Below the pieces are notes generated by a model. That model was not told the DNA's origin. It worked only from the letters and a program-made list of their open reading frames with translations, and made no database searches. A stretch of DNA of 64,000 nucleotides from Lachnospiraceae bacterium (lineage in GTDB: Bacteria; Bacillota; Clostridia; Lachnospirales; Lachnospiraceae), in contig JAFWLM010000015.1 of assembly GCA_017511045.1 (NCBI GenBank), positions 77,707-141,706 on the forward strand, written 5' to 3'. Positions 46,766-57,509 of this stretch are shown here, piece after piece. A program made the translations under genes and the position numbers. The first letter of the stretch is position 1. Every line of letters starts with the position of its first letter.

Positions 46766-47596
46766 ATGATACAGGATATAGCTCCACATAGATTTCATAA
46801 TGAATACAGAAAAGAAGCAGCGCCGTTCAATGAGTCGCCGGTTCTTTGTTTTGACGAGCGAAAACTGCTTGTAAAGGTCTCTGATGATAAGATCATCTAT
46901 CCGACTTTTGAGATGCTGGATCATCCGGAAAAGACCATTTATGCTTTCGCGATTGACGAAACTGAATTCTTTCTGGACAATAGCCAGTCCGCAAGAACGC
47001 TTGAAGGGTTTGAATATCTGGATGTGTTCTCATTGATCGGATTCGCAACGAATGTTGATGGCATGATCCTTTTTACAGGTTATCATCTTGCGTCCTGGTA
47101 TAACGACAATCGTTTTTGCGGAAGATGCGGCAACAAGAATGAACACAATGATTATGAGCGCGCTATGCATTGTCCAAAGTGTAAGCGCAACAGCTACCCG
47201 CGCATTATGCCGGCCGTCATTGTCGGGGTGACAGATGGCTGTCGTCTTTTGCTTACGCAATACAGGGAAGGTTATGGACATAATGCACTCGTTGCAGGTT
47301 TTGCAGAGATTGGAGAAACTCTGGAAGAGACTGTTGCCAGAGAAGTAATGGAAGAGACCGGACTGAAAGTTAAAAATATCACATATTACAAATCCCAGCC
47401 GTGGGGTATCGCCAACGATATTTTAGCCGGCTTTTACTGTGAAGCTGATGGAAGCACCGAGATCGTCATGGACAAAACAGAGTTAAGGCTTGCACAGTGG
47501 AAACTGCCCGCTGAGATCGAACTTCAGCCAAACTCATTCAGCCTGACAAATGAAATGATGAAAATGTTCAAGGAACATGGTGTTTTCTGGAAATAA
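46766..47596 (+). CDS. nudC: NAD(+) diphosphatase (Nudix, NudC-type)
   Basis: Zinc ribbon CGRCGNKNEH ... CPKCKRNSYPR followed by a Nudix box (GFAEIGETLEETVAREVMEETG). The start is uncertain (GTG 46712 or ATG 46766). Confidence 0.8.
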   Translation: MIQDIAPHRFHNEYRKEAAPFNESPVLCFDERKLLVKVSDDKIIYPTFEMLDHPEKTIYAFAIDETEFFLDNSQSARTLEGFEYLDVFSLIGFATNVDGMILFTGYHLASWYNDNRFCGRCGNKNEHNDYERAMHCPKCKRNSYPRIMPAVIVGVTDGCRLLLTQYREGYGHNALVAGFAEIGETLEETVAREVMEETGLKVKNITYYKSQPWGIANDILAGFYCEADGSTEIVMDKTELRLAQWKLPAEIELQPNSFSLTNEMMKMFKEHGVFWK

Positions 47597-47648
47597 CGAC
47601 AAAGCAGCCACCGTGCAAAACAGTATTGAACACAAAAGCCTATGATGT

Positions 47649-47812
47649 CTGCAAAAAAAATCGATTGGTGACCCCTTCTTCAACGTCATCAATCGAGTTT
47701 TTCTGCATTTCTAACATCACAACTCGAGTTTTTCTGCAATCATAGACATCATGAGTCGAGTTTTCCTGCAGCATGCCCTTAAAAGAAACATCACGAATCG
47801 GGTTATTATGCA
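47649..47812. repeat. degenerate tandem repeats, consensus ACATCA-N3-5-TCGAGTTTTTCTGCA
   Basis: Units start at 47687, 47715, 47747 and 47789, with an inverted partial copy at 47649-47663. They lie in the convergent nudC/tuf spacer. Confidence 0.55.
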
Positions 47813-47850
47813 CCATTCTAATAAACAGTTCCAAGTGCAATTCCCATTAC

Positions 47851-47886
47851 ATAAAAATAAGGCTTCCCAATCACTTGGGAAGCCTT
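47851..47886 (-). terminator. intrinsic terminator after tuf
   Basis: Minus strand AAGGCUUCCCA ... UGGGAAGCCUU followed by AUUUUUAU. Confidence 0.7.
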
Positions 47887-47909
47887 GATTTTATTAGCTT
47901 ACCTATTGT

Positions 47910-49103
47910 TTATTCAATAATTGTAGCAACTTTTCCGGAACCAACTGTACGTCCGCCTTCACGGATAGCGAATCCAAGACCCTGCTCCATAGCGATCGGG
48001 TGGATCAGCTCTACAGTGATTTCTACGTTGTCACCAGGCATGCACATTTCTGTGCCAGCAGGAAGGTTGCAAACACCAGTTACGTCAGTTGTTCTGAAAT
48101 AGAACTGCGGACGATAGTTGTTGAAGAACGGTGTATGACGTCCACCTTCATCTTTGGTTAATACGTAAACCTGACCAGTGAATTTCTTGTGGCATGTTAC
48201 AGTACCCGGCTTGCAGATAACCTGTCCACGCTCGATCTCTGTACGATCAACACCACGAAGAAGAACACCAATGTTATCACCAGCTACACCTTCATCAAGA
48301 AGTTTTCTGAACATCTCGATACCTGTGCAGACTGTCTTTCTAGCTTCTTCCTTGATACCAAGGATTTCAACTTCTTCCTGAACATGGAGAACACCACGCT
48401 CTACTCTACCTGTTGCAACAGTACCACGACCTGTGATTGTGAATACGTCCTCAACTGGCATCAGGAACGGTTTGTCAGTGTCACGAACCGGATCCGGAAT
48501 GTACTCATCTACAGCGTCCATAAGTTCCATGATCTTGTCGCCCCACTCGCCGGAAGCATCTTCAAGAGCTTTAAGAGCAGAACCCTGGATGATCGGAATG
48601 TCATCTCCCGGGAAGTCATACTCGTTAAGAAGTTCTCTGATGTCCATTTCAACGAGCTCAAGAAGTTCTGGGTCGTCAACCATATCGCATTTGTTCATGA
48701 ATACTACGATGTACGGTACACCTACCTGACGAGCAAGCAGGATGTGCTCTTTTGTCTGAGCCATAACACCGTCAGTTGCAGCAACAACGAGGATAGCACC
48801 ATCCATCTGTGCAGCACCAGTGATCATGTTCTTTACATAGTCAGCATGGCCAGGGCAGTCAACGTGTGCATAGTGACGTTTTGCTGTCTCATACTCAACG
48901 TGTGCTGTGGAGATCGTTATACCACGTGCTCTCTCTTCCGGAGCCTTGTCGATGTTGTCGAATGCTACGAACTCACCAAGACCAAGTCTTTCATGGAGAG
49001 TTTTTGTGATTGCAGCTGTCAAAGTTGTTTTACCATGGTCTACGTGGCCGATGGTACCAATATTGCAGTGCGCTTTTGTTCTTTCGAATTTAGCTTTTGC
49101 CAT
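47910..49103 (-). CDS. tuf: elongation factor Tu
   Basis: [32 protein letters not shown] ... is canonical EF-Tu. Confidence 0.98.
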   Translation of the reverse strand: MAKAKFERTKAHCNIGTIGHVDHGKTTLTAAITKTLHERLGLGEFVAFDNIDKAPEERARGITISTAHVEYETAKRHYAHVDCPGHADYVKNMITGAAQMDGAILVVAATDGVMAQTKEHILLARQVGVPYIVVFMNKCDMVDDPELLELVEMDIRELLNEYDFPGDDIPIIQGSALKALEDASGEWGDKIMELMDAVDEYIPDPVRDTDKPFLMPVEDVFTITGRGTVATGRVERGVLHVQEEVEILGIKEEARKTVCTGIEMFRKLLDEGVAGDNIGVLLRGVDRTEIERGQVICKPGTVTCHKKFTGQVYVLTKDEGGRHTPFFNNYRPQFYFRTTDVTGVCNLPAGTEMCMPGDNVEITVELIHPIAMEQGLGFAIREGGRTVGSGKVATIIE

Positions 49104-49248
49104 TTTGTAAATCCTCCTTGATTTTCTACCCCAATGGGCTAATTTTCCTTTAGCCCTAATGGGCCAGGTTCTTAAAAAGGCTACAGTAGATTATATTGTA
49201 TCAACCCTTGATTTTCAAGCGTTTTCTACTATAACTGATTGACTTTTT

Positions 49249-51363
49249 TTAGTTTTTGTTACTGATGATCTTATCCTGTACGTTCTTCGGAACTTTTTCG
49301 TATTTCTCAAAGAACATGGAATAGTTTCCACGGCCCTGTGTCTTAGAACGAAGGTCTGTGGAGTAGCCGAACATTTCTGCCAGCGGAACGAATCCCTTGA
49401 TCATCTTGCCGCCGCCGATATCTTCCATACCTTCGATACGGCCTCTTCTGGAGTTGATGTCACCGATAACGTCACCCATGTAATCCTCCGGAGTGGTAAC
49501 TTCAACCTTCATGATAGGCTCAAGAAGTACCGGATCGGATTTCGCCATAGCATCCTTGAATGCAAGAGATCCTGCAATGTGGAATGCCATTTCTGAGGAG
49601 TCGACCTCGTGGTAGGATCCATCGTAAACTGTAGCTTTGATTCCGAGTACCGGGAAGCCAGCCAGGATACCTGATTTTGCTGCTTCTTCGATACCTTCGC
49701 CGACTGCCGGGATGTATTCCTTCGGAATAGCACCACCAACGATCTCGGAAACAAACTCGAATGTCTTCTCTGCGTTTGCATCCATCGGCTCGAAACGAAC
49801 TTTACAATGTCCGTACTGCCCACGACCACCGGACTGTTTAGCATATTTGCTGTCAACATCAACTGCTTTGGTAAAGGACTCTTTGTAAGCAACCTGAGGT
49901 GCACCTACATTTGCCTCAACCTTGAATTCACGAAGAAGTCGGTCAACGATGATCTCTAAGTGGAGCTCGCCCATTCCGGCGATGATCGTCTGTCCTGTTT
50001 CTTCATTTGTATAAGCGCGGAAAGTCGGATCTTCCTCTGCCAGTTTTGCAAGAGCTTCGCTCATCTTGCCCTGACCTGCTTTGGTCTTAGGCTCGATTGC
50101 AACTTCGATAACCGGCTCAGGGAATTCCATAGACTCAAGGATAACCGGATGCTTCTCATCACAGATCGTATCACCTGTCGTTGTATTCTTGAATCCTACA
50201 ACAGCAGCGATATCACCGGAATATACCTTATCCAGCTCTGCTCTGTGGTTTGCATGCATCTGCAGGATACGTCCTGCACGCTCTTTTTTACCCTTTGTTG
50301 CATTCAGGATATAGGAACCGGAATTCATTGTTCCTGAATAAACTCTGATGTATGCCAGTTTACCAACGAACGGGTCAGTCATGATCTTGAATGCCAGAGC
50401 GGAGAACGGCTCTTCGTCAGAAGAATGACGAACAACATCTTTTCCGTCTTCATCAACACCTTCGATTGCCGGAACGTCTGTCGGAGCCGGCATGAATTCG
50501 ATGACAGCATCCAGTAATTTCTGAACACCTTTGTTTCTGTAAGCTGTTCCGCAGCATACAGGAACGATCGTTGATTCACAGGTACCTTTTCTCATTGCAG
50601 CCTTCAGTTCTTCTGTTGTCGGGATCTCGTCCTCTAAGAACTTCAGTGTCAGCTCTTCATCAAGCTCACAGATCTTTTCAATCATGTCAGCACGATAAAG
50701 TTCAGCTTCATCCTGCATTTCTTCCGGGATCGGAACGATGGAGATGTCCTCACCCTTCTCATCATTGTAAATGTATGCCTGCATTTCAAACAGGTCGATA
50801 ATGCCTTTGAATTCATCTTCTTTTCCGATCGGCAGCTGAATCGGTACAGCATTTTTGCCGAGACGGGTCTTGATCATATCAACTGCATTGTAGAAGTCTG
50901 CACCCATGATATCCATCTTGTTGATGAATGCCATACGAGGTACATTGTACTTATCAGCCTGGCGCCATACATTCTCTGACTGCGGCTCAACACCGCCTTT
51001 TGCGCAGAAAACACCTACAGCTCCGTCGAGTACACGAAGTGAACGCTCAACCTCAACTGTGAAGTCAACATGTCCCGGAGTATCAATGATATTGATACGG
51101 TGCTCTAATGCACCCGGTGCCGGTTTGTTCTCTTTCTGAAGAGTCCAGTGGCATGTTGTGGCTGCGGAAGTGATCGTGATACCTCTTTCCTGTTCCTGCT
51201 CCATCCAGTCCATGGTGGCAGTACCTTCGTGTGTATCACCGATCTTGTAATTTACTCCGGTATAATAAAGGATACGCTCGGTAAGAGTGGTCTTTCCGGC
51301 ATCGATATGAGCCATAATACCAATGTTACGTGTGCGCTCCAGTGGATATTCTCTTCCTGCCAA
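49249..51363 (-). CDS. fusA: elongation factor G
   Basis: [20 protein letters not shown] ... 704 aa, canonical EF-G. Confidence 0.98.
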   Translation of the reverse strand: MAGREYPLERTRNIGIMAHIDAGKTTLTERILYYTGVNYKIGDTHEGTATMDWMEQEQERGITITSAATTCHWTLQKENKPAPGALEHRINIIDTPGHVDFTVEVERSLRVLDGAVGVFCAKGGVEPQSENVWRQADKYNVPRMAFINKMDIMGADFYNAVDMIKTRLGKNAVPIQLPIGKEDEFKGIIDLFEMQAYIYNDEKGEDISIVPIPEEMQDEAELYRADMIEKICELDEELTLKFLEDEIPTTEELKAAMRKGTCESTIVPVCCGTAYRNKGVQKLLDAVIEFMPAPTDVPAIEGVDEDGKDVVRHSSDEEPFSALAFKIMTDPFVGKLAYIRVYSGTMNSGSYILNATKGKKERAGRILQMHANHRAELDKVYSGDIAAVVGFKNTTTGDTICDEKHPVILESMEFPEPVIEVAIEPKTKAGQGKMSEALAKLAEEDPTFRAYTNEETGQTIIAGMGELHLEIIVDRLLREFKVEANVGAPQVAYKESFTKAVDVDSKYAKQSGGRGQYGHCKVRFEPMDANAEKTFEFVSEIVGGAIPKEYIPAVGEGIEEAAKSGILAGFPVLGIKATVYDGSYHEVDSSEMAFHIAGSLAFKDAMAKSDPVLLEPIMKVEVTTPEDYMGDVIGDINSRRGRIEGMEDIGGGKMIKGFVPLAEMFGYSTDLRSKTQGRGNYSMFFEKYEKVPKNVQDKIISNKN

Positions 51364-51378
51364 AGTATTTCCTCCTTG

Positions 51379-51849
51379 TTAGAATCTGTAATGTGCAAAG
51401 GCTTTGTTAGCTTCTGCCATTCTATGCATGTCTTCTTTTCTCTTAACGGATGCACCGGTTTCGTTCATCGCGTCAAGAATCTCGTTTGCTAATCTTTCTT
51501 CCATGGTCTTTTCAGATCTTGCACGGGAGAAATTGGTCAGCCAACGAAGGCCTAAAGCCTGACGTCTGTCAGCACGGACTTCGATCGGTACCTGATAGGT
51601 AGCACCACCGATACGTCTTGCTTTAACCTCTAATGTAGGCATGATGTTATTCAGTGCTGTCTCGAACACTTCAAGAGCCGGCTTACCGGTCTTTTCTTCA
51701 ATGCGAGCAAATGCACCGTAAACGATCTTCTGCGCTACGCCCTTCTTACCATCTAACATAATGTTATTGATAAGCTTAGTTACTACTACGCTGCCGTACA
51801 GCGGATCCGCTAATACGTCTCTTTTTGGGGTATGTCCTTTACGTGGCAC
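51379..51849 (-). CDS. rpsG: 30S ribosomal protein S7
   Basis: (M)[20 protein letters not shown] start at 51849, preceded by AAGGAGGG. Confidence 0.95.
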   Translation of the reverse strand: MPRKGHTPKRDVLADPLYGSVVVTKLINNIMLDGKKGVAQKIVYGAFARIEEKTGKPALEVFETALNNIMPTLEVKARRIGGATYQVPIEVRADRRQALGLRWLTNFSRARSEKTMEERLANEILDAMNETGASVKRKEDMHRMAEANKAFAHYRF

Positions 51850-51878
51850 GTTACTTCCCTCCTTAATCAAACAAATTT

Positions 51879-52010
51879 ATGAAAGTCTTCGTGTGACTTC
51901 GTCACACTGCAGTCAATTCGCACTTCGTGCTCATGTCTGCTGCCCGTCCGATGTCTTCGCCTATCAGGATGCAAGCATCCTGCCGGCTCGCCGCCGTCCG
52001 GGACTTTCAT
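51879..52010 (-). repeat. GC-rich intergenic repeat, copy B, inside the rpsL-rpsG spacer
   Basis: Closed by a 9 bp stem, ATGAAAGTC (51879-51887) with GACTTTCAT (52002-52010). Internal hairpins at 51891-51907 and 51965-51982. The minus-strand core ATGAGCACGAAG ... CGAATTGACTGCAG matches copy C. Confidence 0.55.
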
Positions 52011-52142
52011 ATCAAATTAATTCATCGGTACTCACTTTTCGTGTCGGTGCCATCGGACATAATAGATATTAGAATAGAATAATATGACTATGCCTTTTGG
52101 CAACCATCATTCAATTGTAAGTAAAACTTTTACCAGAGTGGC

Positions 52143-52559
52143 TTATTTCTTCTTCGGTCTCTTAGCGCCGTATTTGGAACGAGCCTGCTTACGATCTGCA
52201 ACACCTGCAGTATCCAGCGTACCTCTGATAACATGGTATCTTGTTCCCGGAAGGTCTTTTACTCTTCCGCCGCGAACCAGAACAACGCTATGCTCCTGAA
52301 GGTTGTGTCCTTCGCCCGGGATATAGCTTGTTACTTCGATACCGTTAGAAAGACGAACTCTCGCGATTTTTCTAAGAGCTGAATTAGGCTTCTTAGGAGT
52401 CGCTGTCTTTACTGCTGTGCAAACACCACGCTTCTGCGGTGACGGTGCATCAGTGGTCTTCTTGCGAAGAGAGTTGAAGTTCTTCTGAAGAGCCGGTGCA
52501 GTAGACTTTTTAACAGATGTCTGTCTTCCTTTTCTGACTAACTGATTAAATGTCGGCAT
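52143..52559 (-). CDS. rpsL: 30S ribosomal protein S12
   Basis: [12 protein letters not shown] ... is canonical S12. Start at ATG 52559 after AAAGGAG. Confidence 0.97.
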   Translation of the reverse strand: MPTFNQLVRKGRQTSVKKSTAPALQKNFNSLRKKTTDAPSPQKRGVCTAVKTATPKKPNSALRKIARVRLSNGIEVTSYIPGEGHNLQEHSVVLVRGGRVKDLPGTRYHVIRGTLDTAGVADRKQARSKYGAKRPKKK

Positions 52560-52666
52560 ATTATTCTCCTTTCTTAATTTTATTTGGAAGATTTCTCTTC
52601 CTGTCCTCCTGTGCATTTTGTTTTTCACACAGAAAGAACATCGCGTTTCGACAAACGCGCTCGATT

Positions 52667-52695
52667 ATTGTATGAAATTGAAACGGGAAAGTCAA
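52667..52695 (-). promoter_or_regulatory. str-operon promoter TTGACT-17 nt-TACAAT
   Basis: On the minus strand the -35 is at 52695-52690, the spacer is 17 nt, and the -10 is at 52672-52667. Confidence 0.6.
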
Positions 52696-52801
52696 GAAAA
52701 AACTTGCGAAAAACTTTGAAATAACAGCGTTTTTTGCTTGCTGCGCCCCTGCGCGCCGAATGTTTGCATATGCAAGCCGGGGCACCGACTTGAGCCTGTC
52801 A

Positions 52802-52837
52802 CAAAAATAGCTGCCGGCAGTATAACCACCGGCAGCT
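52802..52837 (-). terminator. intrinsic terminator after the phosphotransacylase gene
   Basis: Minus strand AGCUGCCGG ... CCGGCAGCU followed by AUUUUUG. Confidence 0.65.
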
Positions 52838-52864
52838 TGAAAGTCGATTCTGATGATTATTTGA

Positions 52865-53770
52865 TCAGTCTGCAACTGCGCATGCAAGAAGCAGGGAATC
52901 AAATTTTTCTTCAGCTGAAGAACCACGGGAGTTGATGACGATCGGGCATTTTGCTCCGATAACAACACCTGCCATTTTTCCGTTACCGAACTGCAGCATA
53001 GATTTGTGAGCAACGTTTCCGACCTGGATATTCGGAACAAGGATAACGTCTGCATCACCTGCAACCGGGCTGTCATATTTTTTGCGTTTTGCGCTGTCTG
53101 CATTAACAGCAAGGTCTAAGGAGATCGGTCCTTCTACGATGCAGTCTTTGATGATGCCTTCTTCATTCATTTTCTTAAGCTCTGCAGCATCAACTGTTTC
53201 CGGCATCTTCGGATTCACTTTTTCTACAGCAGCTACACATGCGATCTTCGGGTTTTCAATACCCAGCTTTTTATAGCAGTCAACCGCATTTTTGATGATG
53301 CCGGCCTTCTGCTCAACGGTCGGATAAGTCATCATTCCGCCGTCAGTTACAACAAGCAGTTTATGATATGCAGGAAGCTCGGTGAAAGCAACGATAGACA
53401 TAACGCCGCCAAGACCGATTCCTGTTTCTTTATTAACGACAGGTTTTAAAACATCTTTTGTCTCTAAAAGACCTTTTAAAATAACGTTTGCTCTGCCTTC
53501 TTTTACCAGTTCAACTGCAATCTGTCCGCACTCTTCCGGAGTTTCTGCATTGATGATCTCATAATCAGCTGGATTCTTGCCAAGCTCTGTCAGAACCTTT
53601 TTTACTTCCTCTTCTTTGTCGATCAGGATCGCTTTGATCAGGCCCATGCCTTCTGCTTCAAAAACAGCCTCTAATACGTGGTCGTCTGCTGCACCCGGAA
53701 CTGCAACGCTTTTTACTACTTTTTTCCCTTTTACGATCTCAAGGAAATCCTGCATACTTGTTAATGCCAT
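52865..53770 (-). CDS. phosphate butyryltransferase / phosphotransacylase family protein
   Basis: 301 aa with a Ptb-like N-terminus (VAVPGAADDHVLEAV) and the PTA_PTB fold. No butyrate kinase gene is adjacent. Confidence 0.75.
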   Translation of the reverse strand: MALTSMQDFLEIVKGKKVVKSVAVPGAADDHVLEAVFEAEGMGLIKAILIDKEEEVKKVLTELGKNPADYEIINAETPEECGQIAVELVKEGRANVILKGLLETKDVLKPVVNKETGIGLGGVMSIVAFTELPAYHKLLVVTDGGMMTYPTVEQKAGIIKNAVDCYKKLGIENPKIACVAAVEKVNPKMPETVDAAELKKMNEEGIIKDCIVEGPISLDLAVNADSAKRKKYDSPVAGDADVILVPNIQVGNVAHKSMLQFGNGKMAGVVIGAKCPIVINSRGSSAEEKFDSLLLACAVAD

Positions 53771-53830
53771 AATAATAAACCTTTCCTTTCTGTGTATCTG
53801 TCATCTTCATTTTAATAATCTGCTGCTCTT

Positions 53831-53858
53831 ATTATATAGAAAAAATCTTTATTTGCAA
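53831..53858 (-). promoter_or_regulatory. promoter TTGCAA-16 nt-TATAAT for the phosphotransacylase gene
   Basis: On the minus strand the -35 is at 53858-53853 and the -10 is at 53836-53831. Confidence 0.5.
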
Positions 53859-53884
53859 TTAAAATTTGTCGACAAGTTGACAAA

Positions 53885-53980
53885 GGATGCCGGACGACAG
53901 GTATGAGCACGCAGGCGAAAGCCGGGAGCACGAATGACTGTCAGCGAGGCGAGAGTGCATGAGCGAAGCATCGCGGGGCT
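53885..53980 (+). repeat. GC-rich intergenic repeat, copy C (sense on the plus strand, upstream of recD2)
   Basis: GGACGACAGGTATGAGCACGCAGGCGAAAGCCGGGAGCACGAATGACTGTCAGCGAGG ... aligns with the reverse complements of copies A and B. Confidence 0.5.
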
Positions 53981-54038
53981 TTTATCTGCATAGGAACGTT
54001 GAAAAAAAAGCCCTGCCACTTTATAATTGAGCACGATT

Positions 54039-56360
54039 ATGGAATCTTTCAAAGCATATGTTGAACGAATCATATACAGAAATGCTGATAACGGCTATAC
54101 AGTTTTGAGCGCCGAAGAGAACGGCTGCGAGACGATCTGTGTGGGCGTTTTCCGTTTTATTGAACCGGGAGAATATCTGGAATTTTCCGGTGACTTTGTC
54201 TTCCATCCGACATACGGCGAGCAGTTTAAGGTCGACCACTACGAGACGATCGTACCTGATGACATCTTCGCGATCGGCCGTTACTTAAGCAGCGGCGCCA
54301 TCAAGGGGATCGGTCAGGTAACCGCCCAGAGGATCATTGACAAATTCGGCGAAGATACGCTGCGGATCATAGATGAAGAACCGGAGCGGCTGGCCGAGAT
54401 CAAGGGGATCTCCCGCAAAAAGGCGCAGGAGATCGCGGCCCAGCAGGAAGAAAAAAAAGATCTCCGGAAAGCATTGATGTTTCTCGGTGGTTTTGGCATC
54501 TCAAATGCCATGGCTGTTAAAATCTATAATCAATATCAGAACGCGGTTTACGATATCATCCGTGAAAATCCGTATCAGCTTGCCGACGATATCTTAGGCA
54601 TCGGGTTCCGAAAAGCAGATGAAATTGCTTTTCAGGCAGGTATCGCTGCAGATTCCGATTTCCGTATCCGCAGCTGCATTCTTTATGAATTGGTGCAGGC
54701 TGCTTCCGATGGGCATGTCTATCTTCCGGACAAAGTGCTGATTCGGAAAACTCTAGAGGAACTCCGTCCGATCAGTGTGGATGATGTTCCGAGCATCACC
54801 GAAGCAGACATTGAACGATGCATGATGGATCTGGCGATCGAAAGCCGCCTGATCATTAAAACCGCTTCTTCTGATAATGCCATGGAAGAACCATCTCTTT
54901 CTGACAACACGGCCGACGACAATGAACCCCGTTCAGGAAATTACCGGCAGGTCTACCACTCCCTCTATTATTACACAGAGCTGGGAATTGCTAAGATGCT
55001 TCATGAGATCGATCTGAAAGGCCGCGTTCCGGAAGAAAAGATCCTGGAGCGGATCCACAAGGTTGAAAAGAAATCCGGTATCACTCTGGATGAAATGCAA
55101 AAGGAAGCTGTGATCCAGGCTGCAAACTCCGGCATTCTGGTCATCACCGGTGGTCCCGGTACAGGTAAGACAACAACGATCAATGCGATCATCAAATACT
55201 TTGAACAGGATTATAAAGAGATCCTTTTAGCCGCTCCTACAGGGCGTGCCGCAAAGCGCATGACAGAGGCAACCGGCTGGGAAGCAAAGACAATTCACCG
55301 GATGCTGGATCTTTCAGGCGAATTGGAAGATACCTCTGCCGGTGCACGTTTTGACAGAAACGAAGATAATCCGCTGGAGGCTGACGTCGTCATCATTGAC
55401 GAGATGTCAATGGTCGATATGTTTTTGATGAGTGCTCTTCTCCGTGCGATCGAACCCGGCACGAGACTGATACTGGTCGGAGATGTTGACCAGCTTCCAA
55501 GTGTGGGACCGGGCAATGTCCTTCGCGACATTATTGACAGCGATTGTTTTAAAACAGTAAAGCTGACCAAGATCTTCCGCCAGGCGGAAGAAAGCGATAT
55601 TGTTGTGAATGCACATAAGATCAACCGCGGGGAGCAGATCGCCCTCCGCCCGGACAGCCGTGATTTTATTTTTATCAAAAGAGAAACGGCTCAGGCTGTC
55701 CTGTCCGCTGTCTTAGGTCTTGTGCGTGATAAACTGCCGGGATATGTTGATACCGATGCAAGCGAGATCCAGGTTTTATCGCCTGTTAAAAAAGGTCCGC
55801 TTGGTGTTGAACACATCAATCAGTTTTTACAGGAGAGCCTGAATCCTTCTGCTCCCGGAAAAGAGGAGATTCCGGTTGGCGCCGTCACCTTCCGTGAAGG
55901 CGATAAAGTTATGCATATCAAAAATAACTACGAGCTGGAATGGGAGATGCGCACAAACAGCGGTTTTGTTTACGAGCAGGGAAAAGGAATCTTTAACGGC
56001 GACATCGGTGTGATTCAAAAGATCAATCCACACACCCGCCTGATGGAGGTTCGTTTTGATGATGGAAAGTTTGTCATCTACGATTTTGAACAATTAGAGG
56101 AAGTCGTTCTGGCATACGCTACCACGATCCACAAAGCACAGGGAAGCGAGTATCCTGCGGTCGTGCTTCCGCTGCTTTCCGGCCCTGAACTTCTGATGAA
56201 CCGCAACATCTTATATACGGCGGTGACCCGCGCCAAAAAATGCGTCTGCATTACCGGCTCAGATGCCGCTGTCACACGCATGATCAATAACGTCCGCGAG
56301 CAGAAACGCTACTCCGGTCTTAAAGAGCGGATCCTGGAATTCAAAGGCCGGGTGTTGTAG
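54039..56360 (+). CDS. recD2: RecD2-type ATP-dependent DNA helicase
   Basis: Walker A GGPGTGKTT, DEMSMVD, SF1B motifs (LVGDVDQLPSVGPG, TIHKAQGSE) and an N-terminal HhH region. ATG at 54039. Confidence 0.9.
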   Translation: MESFKAYVERIIYRNADNGYTVLSAEENGCETICVGVFRFIEPGEYLEFSGDFVFHPTYGEQFKVDHYETIVPDDIFAIGRYLSSGAIKGIGQVTAQRIIDKFGEDTLRIIDEEPERLAEIKGISRKKAQEIAAQQEEKKDLRKALMFLGGFGISNAMAVKIYNQYQNAVYDIIRENPYQLADDILGIGFRKADEIAFQAGIAADSDFRIRSCILYELVQAASDGHVYLPDKVLIRKTLEELRPISVDDVPSITEADIERCMMDLAIESRLIIKTASSDNAMEEPSLSDNTADDNEPRSGNYRQVYHSLYYYTELGIAKMLHEIDLKGRVPEEKILERIHKVEKKSGITLDEMQKEAVIQAANSGILVITGGPGTGKTTTINAIIKYFEQDYKEILLAAPTGRAAKRMTEATGWEAKTIHRMLDLSGELEDTSAGARFDRNEDNPLEADVVIIDEMSMVDMFLMSALLRAIEPGTRLILVGDVDQLPSVGPGNVLRDIIDSDCFKTVKLTKIFRQAEESDIVVNAHKINRGEQIALRPDSRDFIFIKRETAQAVLSAVLGLVRDKLPGYVDTDASEIQVLSPVKKGPLGVEHINQFLQESLNPSAPGKEEIPVGAVTFREGDKVMHIKNNYELEWEMRTNSGFVYEQGKGIFNGDIGVIQKINPHTRLMEVRFDDGKFVIYDFEQLEEVVLAYATTIHKAQGSEYPAVVLPLLSGPELLMNRNILYTAVTRAKKCVCITGSDAAVTRMINNVREQKRYSGLKERILEFKGRVL

Positions 56361-56549
56361 TCATGCGCCGAGACTTATCCTATTCTTATACGAGACATTG
56401 ATATCTCTCGAAACCAAAGCATTCTTTTCGTTCATGTAGACTTCACAAACATCATTTATATTTTTGACCGTTGAATCAAAACCCCATCCCGACATATGAA
56501 TCGTCCGCGATTGGGATTATTTCTCTTTTCATGTACTGAATCACATCAT

Positions 56550-57509
56550 ATGAAACGCAAGTCTGTACACAGGTTCTCTCAGAGAACTTTCTTTTCGCCG
56601 CTCTTCTTGGCGAAACTTCAAACAGTAAAAGAACATTGTCTGCAGCTTCTCTTTCCGCGGGTCTGTCCGGTTTGCGGAAAGATACTAAAACTGCCAAAAG
56701 GCTGGGCTACGCTTCTCTCACCGGAGTTCACGAATCGCGTTTACTCAGCGCAATGCTCAAAGCGAACTGCAGAAAACAGATCATTTCTTCCGCATCGACC
56801 ATCATTATCGGGTCCTGATACTTCTCTCCCCCTTAAACCATCTCTATCTTACTGTCGCTCCATCCTGATCTGCCCGGACTGCTGCTCTTCACTTCCTCTT
56901 GTAGAGGGACCGGTGTGCCAAAAATGTTCGAAGCCGCTTATCTTACAGGATGACTGTTTTTGCGAAAGTTGCCGGAATGGCACCCGTTATTTCAAGCAGG
57001 GAAAGTCGCTCTGGATCCACGATGACAGCGCACGAAAAATTGTCTATGATCTGAAATTTCATAATAAAAGAGACAACGCCGATCTTATCGCTTTTGAAAT
57101 GGCGGTACAGATGAAGTCGATCATTTCTGAGTGGAATGCTGAAGTCATGCTTCCTGTCCCTTTACATAAAAAGCGCTTTCGAGAGCGCGGTTTTAACCAG
57201 GCACAGCTGATCGCTGAAAGAATATCATTCTGGCTTTCAAAATTATTCGGTATTGTGCTTCCTGTAGATTCAGACTATCTGCTGCGTACCGAAAACACCA
57301 AACCTCAGCGCATTCTCGATGTATCCGCCCGCGCTCAAAATGTAAAAAAAGCATTTGTTGTTTCTACGAGAAATGGCCAATACGCGAAGCGCTCGGTTAT
57401 CCTCATTGATGATATTTATACCAGCGGAGCCACACTCAATGCCTGCGCAAAAACTCTGAAAGAAGCCGGAACAGAAGAAGTCTTCTTCCTCACCGCTACC
57501 GTGGTATAA
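56550..57509 (+). CDS. comFC: ComF-family phosphoribosyltransferase-domain protein
   Basis: N-terminal CPVCG and CQKC zinc-finger motifs and a C-terminal PRT motif VILIDDIYTSGATL. An unusual low-complexity insert of about 60 aa lies between the first and second Cys pairs. The start has no SD. Confidence 0.75.
   Translation: MKRKSVHRFSQRTFFSPLFLAKLQTVKEHCLQLLFPRVCPVCGKILKLPKGWATLLSPEFTNRVYSAQCSKRTAENRSFLPHRPSLSGPDTSLPLKPSLSYCRSILICPDCCSSLPLVEGPVCQKCSKPLILQDDCFCESCRNGTRYFKQGKSLWIHDDSARKIVYDLKFHNKRDNADLIAFEMAVQMKSIISEWNAEVMLPVPLHKKRFRERGFNQAQLIAERISFWLSKLFGIVLPVDSDYLLRTENTKPQRILDVSARAQNVKKAFVVSTRNGQYAKRSVILIDDIYTSGATLNACAKTLKEAGTEEVFFLTATVV

Noticed and set aside
47640-47840. 66 aa minus-strand ORF
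   Set aside because: Its sequence is a periodic translation of the tandem DNA repeats (QENSTHDV / RKTRVVML / QKNSIDDV). It has no SD.
48189-49121. 310 aa plus-strand ORF
   Set aside because: It is antisense to tuf (EF-Tu) and is a shadow ORF.
52561-53112. 183 aa minus-strand ORF spanning the rpsL upstream region and the 3' end of the phosphotransacylase gene
   Set aside because: It runs through a terminator and a promoter, overlaps a better-supported CDS out of frame, and has no SD.
54022-54039. TATAAT hexamer 11 nt before the recD2 ATG, as evidence for a leaderless recD2 mRNA
   Set aside because: There is no convincing -35 at the proper distance, and the hexamer may be fortuitous in AT-rich sequence. 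Evidence is insufficient to report it as a promoter.
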